Assembly: GCA_964502005.1 (NCBI GenBank)
Contig: CAZCUX010000001.1
Coordinates: 196,653 to 260,652 of the forward strand
DNA length: 64,000 nt
Reading direction: 5' to 3'
Origin: an uncultured Enterobacterales bacterium
Lineage (GTDB): Bacteria > Myxococcota_A > UBA796 > UBA2385
How positions within the stretch are numbered: position 1 is the first letter of the stretch; every line of letters starts with the position of its first letter. The position numbers and the translations under genes are program-made. The notes beneath the pieces are model-generated. The model made no database searches and was not told the origin of the DNA. It was given only the letters and a program-made list of their open reading frames with translations. This document shows positions 26,264 through 34,480 of the stretch, piece by piece.

Positions 26264-27733
26264 ATGCGTGCCCGAAGGGCGCCTATGAAATCGTCCGAAC
26301 TTCAGCTTCAAAACCTAAACGCCCTATTTATGGTTCCTGTGCTCCCTGTGGCCCTGTGTGGGTTTTCGGTGGTTGCCTTGGGCTTGGGTGCATTCGTCAC
26401 CATCGACGGACGGGCGTGGGCCCTCGCCCACGAGCTGCACGCGGGAACCCTGACCCCTGCGTCGATTACCGAGTACAGCGGGTGGGTGCGGCGGTACGTC
26501 ATGGCCACCACAGCGATTGGTGCGCTATTGGTGCCGTTGAGTGCGGCCGCGTCGTTTGTGGTGCTGCGGCGGGTGGTTGAACGCATTGATGCAGCGGTCA
26601 TTTTCGCCGAAAATCGATTGCGTGGACAGGCGGCGTCTTTGGTGTTGGGCCACACCGATTGTGGCTTGGGACGCATCGAGCGTTGCCTCGTTGCGCTCTC
26701 GCATGCAATCGAAGAGCGGGACGATGCGTTTCAGGCAGAAGCGCAGGGCGCGCGCTTAGAAGGTGAGCTTCAGCGCGCTCTCGAACTCGTCGACGACGAA
26801 GCTGACGTGATGGATGTGACCGTCCGCGCGTTGTTTCAAGTTGTGCCGGAGGGGGCCGTAGAGTTGCTCTTGGCCGATTCGAGTCAAGCCCACTTGCGGC
26901 GAGCCGTCGCAACGCCGGCGATGCCGCACGTTGGATGCGCGGTGGCATCCCCCAACGAATGCGCGGCTGTTCGACGCGGAAGCACGCTGATGTTTGCCTC
27001 GTCGGAGGCCCTTGATGCTTGCCCGCGTACCCGTGGCCGGGCCGTCGGAGGCTGCTCGGCGGTCTGCACGCCGGTGACGGTGATGGGGCGGACTATCGGC
27101 GTCATGCATCTCCAAGGCGATGAACACACGCTGCCGAGCGCGGGGGAGCTTCGTCATTTCCAATCTATCGCGGCCAATGTTGGCACACGGTTGGGTGTCT
27201 TGCGAACGCTCGCCGAAACCCAACGCGCAGCCCGCACCGACCCGCTGACCGGCCTCATGAACCGTCGCACCTTTGAAGCCGAAGCGACACGGCGTATGGC
27301 AAGTGTAGGACATGGCTTGTTGGTGATGGCCGACATCGACCACTTCAAGCGTCTCAACGACACCCATGGCCACCAAACCGGCGACCGTGCCATTTGCCTC
27401 TACTCGCGGGTGATTCGGGAAGGTCTGCGCGAAGACATCGACCTTGTGGCCCGGTATGGTGGCGAGGAGTTTATTCTGCTGCTCCCCGGTCTCGATCTCG
27501 ACGCGGGTCTCGCGCGCCTCGAAGCGGTGCGGAAGCGCCTGGACGACGCGCTCCGCGGTAGCGAGGTCCCGCGATTTACTTGTAGCATGGGCGTGGCGCA
27601 GTTTCCCGTCGATGGCGACTCCCTCCACGCGCTCACCCAAGTCGCCGACACCGCGCTGTACGCCGCCAAGCGCAACGGCCGCGACCGCATAGAAGTCGCC
27701 CTACAATCGGAGATTGCGGCCGCCGCACGTTGA
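26264..27733 (+). CDS. Membrane-anchored diguanylate cyclase (GGDEF domain, GGEEF active site)
   Basis: Two N-terminal hydrophobic segments are followed by a GAF-like middle region. The catalytic region reads DPLTGLMNRR...DIDHFKRLNDTHGHQTGD...ARYGGEEF. An alternative ATG lies at 26285. Confidence 0.85.
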   Translation: MRARRAPMKSSELQLQNLNALFMVPVLPVALCGFSVVALGLGAFVTIDGRAWALAHELHAGTLTPASITEYSGWVRRYVMATTAIGALLVPLSAAASFVVLRRVVERIDAAVIFAENRLRGQAASLVLGHTDCGLGRIERCLVALSHAIEERDDAFQAEAQGARLEGELQRALELVDDEADVMDVTVRALFQVVPEGAVELLLADSSQAHLRRAVATPAMPHVGCAVASPNECAAVRRGSTLMFASSEALDACPRTRGRAVGGCSAVCTPVTVMGRTIGVMHLQGDEHTLPSAGELRHFQSIAANVGTRLGVLRTLAETQRAARTDPLTGLMNRRTFEAEATRRMASVGHGLLVMADIDHFKRLNDTHGHQTGDRAICLYSRVIREGLREDIDLVARYGGEEFILLLPGLDLDAGLARLEAVRKRLDDALRGSEVPRFTCSMGVAQFPVDGDSLHALTQVADTALYAAKRNGRDRIEVALQSEIAAAAR

Positions 27734-27826
27734 AACCCAACGGCACGCGGGCCCGCTGGCGGATACAAGGGTCGGAGAACGGCCGGGGAATGGTTGCCCG
27801 GCACCGCTCCCTCGTTGGAGGCCCCG

Positions 27827-28744
27827 ATGCCGACTCCGAACCCTGGTGGTGGCCGCATTGTCGCCGGCGCCATCGCTCCTCACCCGCCCCATTTGGTCTA
27901 CGCGGAAAATCCTCCCCAAAATGAACCGCGGGCGGAGTGCGGGTGGGAGAACCTTCGGTGGGGCTATGAGCGCCTTCGTCGCAATCTCAGCGCCCTGGAC
28001 ATCGACGTTATCGTGGTGCATTCCCCCCACTGGAAGACGTCCCAGGGCCACCATTTGTTGGCGGCGCCGCATTTCAAGTCCTTGAGCGTCGACCCCATCT
28101 TCCCGAACTTGTTTCGGTACCACTACGACCTCGCGGTGGACGTCGCGCTCGCAGAAGCCATCGCCGAAGAAGGCGGCCAAGCGGGCCTCACGATGCAGCT
28201 CATGCGGAATCCCGACTTCCGCGTGGACTATGGCACCATTACGTCCTGCCATCTCACGCGCCCCCAGTGGGACATCCCGATTGTCGCGATTTCCTCCAAT
28301 CGGGTCTATTTCGATTATAACAATGATGTGGGCGACCGCCAAATGGTTGCGCTTGGACGCGCAACGCGGCGCGCAGTCGAGCGATTGGGGCGCCGAGCGT
28401 TGTTGTTGGCAAGCAATTCTTTGTCACACCGCCACTTCACGGACGAGTCCGAGCTTCCCGAGGACATGTCCAAAGAGCGTATCTACCATCACGGCCAGTA
28501 CATCTGGGACATGCACGTGCTCGACTTGATGAAGAAGGGCCGCTGTCGGCAATTGATGGCGGAGATGCCTGACTTCATCGAGCACGCGACCAGCGAAGCC
28601 AAAGACGGCAGCTTGTCTTGGTTGATGGGGGCTCTGGAGTTCCCCGACTATCCCGCGGAAGTACACGCTTACGGGACCGTCATTGGTACCGGAAATGCCG
28701 TGGTGGAGTGGCAGCCCCCCGTTGTCGGGATGGAGGCACGATGA
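27827..28744 (+). CDS. LigB-type extradiol ring-cleavage dioxygenase, catalytic (AmnB/beta-like) subunit
   Basis: GGAGG lies 6 nt upstream of ATG 27827. Blocks: GAIAPHPPHLV, IVVHSPHW and SNSLSHRH, which carry the His residues expected for the LigB-family Fe site and catalytic base. Confidence 0.75.
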   Translation: MPTPNPGGGRIVAGAIAPHPPHLVYAENPPQNEPRAECGWENLRWGYERLRRNLSALDIDVIVVHSPHWKTSQGHHLLAAPHFKSLSVDPIFPNLFRYHYDLAVDVALAEAIAEEGGQAGLTMQLMRNPDFRVDYGTITSCHLTRPQWDIPIVAISSNRVYFDYNNDVGDRQMVALGRATRRAVERLGRRALLLASNSLSHRHFTDESELPEDMSKERIYHHGQYIWDMHVLDLMKKGRCRQLMAEMPDFIEHATSEAKDGSLSWLMGALEFPDYPAEVHAYGTVIGTGNAVVEWQPPVVGMEAR

Positions 28745-30177
28745 CTGTCGAGCTTGCCCTGATTGTACCTCGGATGCCGCATCCGCTGCTGTGTCCCGAT
28801 GCGAGCCCCGGCTACCGCGCCCTGGCCGACGCCTACGCCGAAGCGCGCCGGCGCATCGCCGACCTCAAACCCGACGTGCTCGTGCTGTATAGCGCCGGTT
28901 GGCCTTGTGTGGTGGGGCACCAGATTCAGGCCGACCCCAACCCCACCTGGGTCCACGTCGACCAGGACTTTCACGCGCTCGGGAGCATTCCGTATTCCTT
29001 GCGCATGGACCCCCAGTTCGGCGCGGATTGGTGCCAATCTGCGACAGAACGTGGCCTGCATTGCCGAACCGTCGCCTACCGCGGCTTTCCCATCGACACC
29101 GGTACGGTCACCGCGTTGAAGCTGCTCGACCCCGACTCCCGTATTCCGGCCAGCGTGGTGTCATGCAATATGTATGCCGACCGTGCCGAGACGGTCGTTT
29201 TGGGCAAGGCGGCGGCCGATGTGCTGTCGCAGCGGGGCATACGCGCGGTCGCGGTCGCCGTGACCAACCTGAGCCATCGGCTCCTCCCGGTCCCGGTGCC
29301 TCCGTCCGAAGACCGCTTTGCGTCGATGAAAGACGACGAGTGGGTGCGGAAGCTGCTCGAAATCTTGGGCGAAGGGCGCCTCGAAGACGTGAGCCAGCTT
29401 GCGCGAACGTTTACCGCCCAAGCCCACGCCGATTCCAAGCTCAAGGCCATTTGGTGGCTCGCGGCGGTCTCGGGTGCCCACAACCGGTACCAAGGCGAAG
29501 TTCTCGCGTATGCGCCGGTGCAAGGAACCGGCTGTGCTGTGGTGGCCTTGACGCCCGACCGCACTGGCGCGGCGGGGCTTGAGTTCGATGAAGACGACGT
29601 AGACGTGTTCCGCGGCGACCGAAACGTGCTGGCCGCGGCACCGGGCCAAACCGTCGAAGTGGCACCCGCGCCCGTCGCGAAGCCCGCGCCCAAAGCGGCC
29701 GCGCCCGTTGCGCGCGCCGGTCGGGTGGATGTTGCCGCGGACCAAGCGCCGAAGCCCGTCGGCGCGTACCCCCACGCCCGCCGTGTCGGCGACCTGTTGT
29801 TCTTGTCCGGGGTCGGCCCGCGGCAGCCCGGCACCGACGCCATTCCGGGCGGTCCCGTGCGCGACGCCGCCGGTCAACCGGTCGATTACGACATCGAGGC
29901 GCAGACCCGCGCCGTCATCGAAAACGTGCGCCGCATCTTGGAAGCCTCGGGGTCCTCCCTTGACCGCGTGCTGGACGTCACCACGTTTCTGGTCAACATG
30001 GACCGCGACTTTGCAGGCTACAACAAGGTCTACGGTGAGATGCTCGGCAAGGTCGGGCCCACCCGCACCACGCTCGCGATTCGCGCGTTGCCGACCCCCA
30101 TCGCGATCGAGCTAAAGGTGGTCGCCGCTGCTGGAGATGTCGATATGGCGCGGCTTACCGGTGGACAACGTGGCTGA
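28741..30177 (+). CDS. Fusion protein: LigB-type non-catalytic (AmnA/alpha-like) subunit plus C-terminal RidA/YjgF-family deaminase
   Basis: ATG 28741 overlaps the upstream stop (ATGA). The N-domain parallels the previous gene, but the HSPHW position reads YSAGW. An Ala/Pro linker (APAPVAKPAPKAAAPVA) follows. The RidA blocks are PKPVGAYPHARRVGDLLFLSGVG, IEAQTRAVIENVRRIL and GPTRTTLAIRALPTPIAIELKVVA. Confidence 0.75.
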   Translation: MTVELALIVPRMPHPLLCPDASPGYRALADAYAEARRRIADLKPDVLVLYSAGWPCVVGHQIQADPNPTWVHVDQDFHALGSIPYSLRMDPQFGADWCQSATERGLHCRTVAYRGFPIDTGTVTALKLLDPDSRIPASVVSCNMYADRAETVVLGKAAADVLSQRGIRAVAVAVTNLSHRLLPVPVPPSEDRFASMKDDEWVRKLLEILGEGRLEDVSQLARTFTAQAHADSKLKAIWWLAAVSGAHNRYQGEVLAYAPVQGTGCAVVALTPDRTGAAGLEFDEDDVDVFRGDRNVLAAAPGQTVEVAPAPVAKPAPKAAAPVARAGRVDVAADQAPKPVGAYPHARRVGDLLFLSGVGPRQPGTDAIPGGPVRDAAGQPVDYDIEAQTRAVIENVRRILEASGSSLDRVLDVTTFLVNMDRDFAGYNKVYGEMLGKVGPTRTTLAIRALPTPIAIELKVVAAAGDVDMARLTGGQRG

Positions 30178-30838
30178 CCGTCGCCTCTACGACATCACGC
30201 CGCGCATCAGCCCGCGGTTGGCGGTGTTCCCTGGCGACACAGCCTTTTCGCGCGCCGTGCTGCTTTCGATGGCCGACGGCGCCAACATCGACCTCTCGTC
30301 GATGACGACAACATTGCACCTGGGCGCCCACGCCGATGCACCGTCGCACTACACCCCCCATGGCGTCAGCATCGCCGACCGCGACCCCCGGCGCTATCTC
30401 GGTCGCTGCCAGGTGGTGTCGGTCCCCGATACCCGTGGCCGAAGGGTCACGGTCGACGACCTTCGCGAGCCCGTGATGGCGCCGCGCGTGCTGTTTTTTA
30501 CGCACTCGTTTCCCGCGCCGGAGCAGTGGAATGGCGACTTCGCTTCTTTGTCGCCAGAGCTGATTGCGCATCTTCACGACGATTGCGGTGTGTCGCTCGT
30601 GGGCATCGATACGCCGAGCGTTGACCCCGAGACCGACCGGGACCTGCCCTCCCACGCTGCTCTCGCGGCGCGCGATATGGCGGTGCTCGAAGGTTTGGTG
30701 CTGCACGATGTCCCGCCGGGCATCTACACCCTGATTGCGCTGCCCTTGCCCATCGAAGGCGGCGACGCGAGCCCGCTCCGCGCGGTGTTGCTCGAAGGCG
30801 ATTGGGGCCTCGATGCCCTCGCGCTCGCCGGGTCTTGA
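30137..30838 (+). CDS. kynB: Kynurenine formamidase (cyclase-family arylformamidase)
   Basis: LYDITPRISPRLAVFPGDTAF...TTLHLGAHADAPSHY contains the HxGxHxDxPxH metal motif, and GIDTPSVD is present. The start is uncertain: ATG 30137 overlaps the upstream gene by 41 nt, and GTG 30170 overlaps it by 8 nt. Confidence 0.8.
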   Translation: MSIWRGLPVDNVADRRLYDITPRISPRLAVFPGDTAFSRAVLLSMADGANIDLSSMTTTLHLGAHADAPSHYTPHGVSIADRDPRRYLGRCQVVSVPDTRGRRVTVDDLREPVMAPRVLFFTHSFPAPEQWNGDFASLSPELIAHLHDDCGVSLVGIDTPSVDPETDRDLPSHAALAARDMAVLEGLVLHDVPPGIYTLIALPLPIEGGDASPLRAVLLEGDWGLDALALAGS

Positions 30839-31134
30839 GCCACTGAATCGCCATTCATTTCTGGAGCGCCACGCAAGAAGACGCTTCCGCGCCCACAAGA
30901 GGGACCGCCAGAAGGAGATTGCGCGTATCCCTAGGAAAGAGGGCATCGTCCCCAGCTGCGCCAAGTCCGAAGTCGCGCAAATCTACCCGAGCGCCTTGCG
31001 ACTCGCCGGTATCGCGCCCATGTCCGGTGAGGTCTTCTGGCCGCACGGTTCCTGGGCCGGATAAACCAATCGGCCCCCCGTTGGGAGACATCACAACGAG
31101 GGGCGAAGTGTATCCGGAAGTCGGGCGGCCGCTG

Positions 31135-31506
31135 TCACTTCAGCAGTCGCCCGTTCTCGTCGGCCAACACCTGACCCCCATAGATGGGCCAGGGGTACTT
31201 GCTCAGCCACTTCGGCATCGTCCGCAAAATCTCGGGTACGATGTCGTTATCCATGAACTTATCGAGTTTGAAGGTCACGCCGAGAGCCTCGGAACGCTCC
31301 GACTCCTTCTTGAACGCGGCGTCCACCAGTTCTTGGTGTTCCCGGTAGAAGTTATCGGAGTACACGTCAAGCTCCCGACGCATCTCATCCGTTGTACCGA
31401 GAGGTGTCCGGATGGACACCTCTTCGCGGACCAAGAGGTGAAAAACCTTCCTGAAGGTCGTTTCTGCCTTCGCTGCCTTCTTTTTGCCCTTCTTCTTTGT
31501 CTTCAT
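31135..31506 (-). CDS. Small hypothetical protein (123 aa) with a poly-Lys N-terminus
   Basis: Start ATG 31506 (MKTKKKGKKKAAKAETTF...). Codon usage is coding-like. The start overlaps the stop of the upstream small ORF (ATGA at 31503-31506). Confidence 0.65.
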   Translation of the reverse strand: MKTKKKGKKKAAKAETTFRKVFHLLVREEVSIRTPLGTTDEMRRELDVYSDNFYREHQELVDAAFKKESERSEALGVTFKLDKFMDNDIVPEILRTMPKWLSKYPWPIYGGQVLADENGRLLK

Positions 31507-31685
31507 GACACACTCTCCCCATCGGAGACCCACGCGGCCTCAGCCTCCCGGGCGCAGCGGACGGCCGGGGACGCCCCGCGCTTGGCGAAGCGGGACCTCC
31601 TGCGGCCCGCGCCGCCGTTGAACGTGTATTCCTGGGCGTCGACGCCCTGGAGGCCTTTCTGGGTGGCCCGGTTGCGGTCGCGCAT
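31503..31685 (-). CDS. Small basic hypothetical protein (60 aa)
   Basis: AAGGAG lies 6 nt upstream of ATG 31685. Third-position G+C is very high. The ORF is coupled by ATGA to the downstream 123-aa gene. Confidence 0.6.
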   Translation of the reverse strand: MRDRNRATQKGLQGVDAQEYTFNGGAGRRRSRFAKRGASPAVRCAREAEAAWVSDGESVS

Positions 31686-31897
31686 CGGCAACTCCTTCGG
31701 TTAGCGGCGGGGCGGCAGGCTAACCGCCCCCTCACACTCTCATTACGGGGAGGGGGGCGGAGAAGTATACGTTCCGGTGGCGGGAGTGGGCCTTTCCAGC
31801 AGCACGCGGGGCATTCACCAAGGCGCGCTTCGCACCTCGGCGCACGGCGAGGAGGCGTCCGACCATCGCCGGACGCCCTGGGACATAAGCCGGAAGC

Positions 31898-32716
31898 CTA
31901 GCGCCCTTGGAGGCGGTTCACTTCGCGGGCAATGCGTGCGTCTTTGTCGCTCGAAAGCTGCGCCAGCTCGGGCAACGTCGCGGCGCGTGCGGCGTCGAGG
32001 TGCTGGAGGGTCCGCAGCGCCCGGAACCGAACGTCGGCGTCGGGGTCGGCCAAGAGCGCGCGGATTGCGTCGAACGCACCGGTAATGCCTGCATAGCCGA
32101 TGCTGCGTGCCGCCTCTGCGCGCACGGCGGCGCTCTCGTCGTGCAAGGACGGGAACACGAGGTCGGCAAGTGCAGCGCCTTGCTTGTGGTTGCCGACGAC
32201 GCGAATGGCGGCCAGCCGAACGTCTTCGTCGTTGTCGCGTACGGCAAACGTCACGGCTTCCCGCGCGATGTCGACAGGCGCATCGCGCAGCACTTCGACC
32301 ATCATTCGCCGCACGAGGGCGTCTTCTTCGAGCTGCGCCATTCCGGCGACGGCCTCGGTCCAATCTCCGCCGGTTCGCGCCAGCGCGCCCAACAAGCCGA
32401 CGCGGGCTTCGGGGGCGTCTTGGCCGGACGCGATGCGCACGATGAGCGCACCCGCAGCTTCGGGAACGCGCCAATCGGGGTTGGTGAAGAGGGGTTGCCC
32501 GTTCCGGCTTGGCAAGGGGCCGTCGGTCGCGATGGCGTCGGCCAGACCCGGCGCGCCGGAAAGCGAGAGCTCTTCGGCGCTTTCGAGGGCGCGCTGGGCC
32601 CAGGCGGCATCAACGGACGTGAGGGGCGTCGACAGGCCGGCGAGTGCGGAGGGTGCGTAAAACGCGACCGCTGCGACGAACATCCGACCCAAAGAAAGAG
32701 AGGTGAAATCGCGCAT
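31898..32716 (-). CDS. HEAT-repeat protein with N-terminal signal-like segment
   Basis: There are repeated helical units with D-x-D/E-VR motifs: NDEDVRLAAIRVVG, DESAAVRAEAARSIG, DPDADVRFRALRTL and DKDARIAREV. The start lies 3 nt after the PAD-like gene stop. Confidence 0.7.
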   Translation of the reverse strand: MRDFTSLSLGRMFVAAVAFYAPSALAGLSTPLTSVDAAWAQRALESAEELSLSGAPGLADAIATDGPLPSRNGQPLFTNPDWRVPEAAGALIVRIASGQDAPEARVGLLGALARTGGDWTEAVAGMAQLEEDALVRRMMVEVLRDAPVDIAREAVTFAVRDNDEDVRLAAIRVVGNHKQGAALADLVFPSLHDESAAVRAEAARSIGYAGITGAFDAIRALLADPDADVRFRALRTLQHLDAARAATLPELAQLSSDKDARIAREVNRLQGR

Positions 32717-32719
32717 GGG

Positions 32720-34390
32720 TCAGTCCTCCAACAAATGACGGGCGTTGTCCCACCAGCCACCCACGGGGGTGCGCCGGGTGTTGCTGCCGCAGTGAACCTC
32801 GCCCCACATCAGGTGGTACGAGTCGAAATCGTCGAGCCAATGGGGCGTGACGTTCGACGGCAACATCGCTTCAAACTCGATGACGAAGGGGTCGGACGAC
32901 ACCGATGCGCTCGACCCGCGCAAGAAGGGGTCGGGGATAAACAAGTCTGCCGAGGAGTGGTCGTCCCAGGTGTTGACCTGCATGTTGACGGTGCCCGTGA
33001 TGAGCGAAAGGGCCACGCCACCGCACTCGCTGCTGCGCTCGAACACTGCGGGAACGCGCACGATGTCGCCTTCATCGAGACCGAGGGCCGCCTTGAAGCG
33101 GTCGATGTTCGGCTCGATGTTTTCGTCCATCAGGTCGCGGTTGTAGGACCACAAGGGCCCGTCGTCGACCATCTCGCCGATATTGCTGAAACCGTGCCCG
33201 TATTCGTACCGGGGCAGGTAGGTGGAGGGGTCGAGGGACTCCAAGAAGGTACGGCCAAGGTCGATGTCAGCGACGTAGAGGCGGAAGCCTTTGGGGGCGC
33301 TGGGGTCAGGCAAGAAGGTCGAGAACTCGTCGACGTGGCCGACGCACAACCAGCCAATGTCGAGGGTGAAGGGCGCCTGTACCTTTTGCTCCGCCAAAAA
33401 CTCTTGCATCCCGGCGGTCATCGCATAACGACCGGAGTCGCCGTAATATGCGCGGCCAAAGGGGTATTCGACGCCATCAACGGTGACGGGGGGGCTGACC
33501 TCCAGGTTGCCGAAGCTATCTTGGGAGGTCGGACGGCCGGTTCCCCAGGTCCAGACGCCGGTGTCGGGGCCCCACATGACCTCTTCGGGGACGATGTCGA
33601 GGTAGCGGTCGCCGCCCGAGCGAATGCTGTCGATGACGAACTGCATCTCGTAGCCGGGAGCGGTGAGGGTGCCGTACTCCAGCTCGTCTTGAATCCAGAC
33701 ATCGTAGCCGACGGTGCGCCCGTTGACGGTGCCAAAGTCGCCGCCGAGAATGTCTTGGAAGCCATCGATGAACGCTTCGTTTCCGTAGCGCCCGGTGCCG
33801 GTGTCGACGGCGACGGCCCACTGCGCCTCTTGGAGGTGGTGGTTCAGAATCAGCGGTGCCGAGAGCAAGCCAATGCTGTGGGTGTCGAGCGTCGCGCCGT
33901 CTGCGCCAATGTGTTCGAGCGTGAGCTCCGCGGTCGACATCGGCAGCTTGAACTCAACGGCGATGGTGGTGGGGTCCACCGAAGACGAGAGGTCGACAGT
34001 AAGGGTGCTGTCGTCAAGGGCGACCTCGCCGCCAACCCACACGCGTACTTCGTCGATGTCGCCGTCGAGAGTCAAGCGCACAATCTCGCCCTCGCCGAGC
34101 ATCCCGAATGCCTCGGCGTCCCAGCCGAGGGGGACGTGCTCGCCGTCGTCGGGCGAGAGGTCTTCCCAGTCGTGCTGTGCGTTTTCGTCGTCGTCATCGA
34201 GGTTCGCGACGCCCAACACTTCGTCGCCCAACGTTGAGAACAACGTTACAGGCTCCGCGGTGGTCTCGGAGGTGTTGCCCGTACTGGACCCCCCCTCTTC
34301 TTTGGTGTTGCCATTGCAGGCAGCAAAAAGAACAGACGCGAGCCCCAGCGCAATCGCTGGTCCCAGGCGTCCAGGTTGGAAATCCGGCAT
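32720..34390 (-). CDS. Protein-arginine deiminase (PAD) family lipoprotein
   Basis: The lipobox is LGLASVLFAAC. PAD catalytic-domain blocks are DSFGNLEVSPPVTVDGVEYPFGR, VQAPFTLDIGWLCVGHVDEF, KGFRLYVA and the C-terminal YHLMWGEVHCGSNTRRTPVGGWW. Confidence 0.8.
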   Translation of the reverse strand: MPDFQPGRLGPAIALGLASVLFAACNGNTKEEGGSSTGNTSETTAEPVTLFSTLGDEVLGVANLDDDDENAQHDWEDLSPDDGEHVPLGWDAEAFGMLGEGEIVRLTLDGDIDEVRVWVGGEVALDDSTLTVDLSSSVDPTTIAVEFKLPMSTAELTLEHIGADGATLDTHSIGLLSAPLILNHHLQEAQWAVAVDTGTGRYGNEAFIDGFQDILGGDFGTVNGRTVGYDVWIQDELEYGTLTAPGYEMQFVIDSIRSGGDRYLDIVPEEVMWGPDTGVWTWGTGRPTSQDSFGNLEVSPPVTVDGVEYPFGRAYYGDSGRYAMTAGMQEFLAEQKVQAPFTLDIGWLCVGHVDEFSTFLPDPSAPKGFRLYVADIDLGRTFLESLDPSTYLPRYEYGHGFSNIGEMVDDGPLWSYNRDLMDENIEPNIDRFKAALGLDEGDIVRVPAVFERSSECGGVALSLITGTVNMQVNTWDDHSSADLFIPDPFLRGSSASVSSDPFVIEFEAMLPSNVTPHWLDDFDSYHLMWGEVHCGSNTRRTPVGGWWDNARHLLED

Positions 34391-34480
34391 GTCAACCTCA
34401 CGTTCGCAGGCTCGAACCGTGTCCTGTGTGGAATAGCCGATTGCGAGCGGAGTCGGCTACCCTTTCCTCGTTTTGCCTGT

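Noticed and set aside
31907-34237. 776-aa plus-strand ORF, the longest in this region
   Set aside because: It lies antisense to the HEAT-repeat and PAD-like genes, whose translations carry strong family motifs. Its own translation is Gly/Val/Arg/Asp/His-rich with no recognisable motif. This is a typical high-GC shadow ORF.
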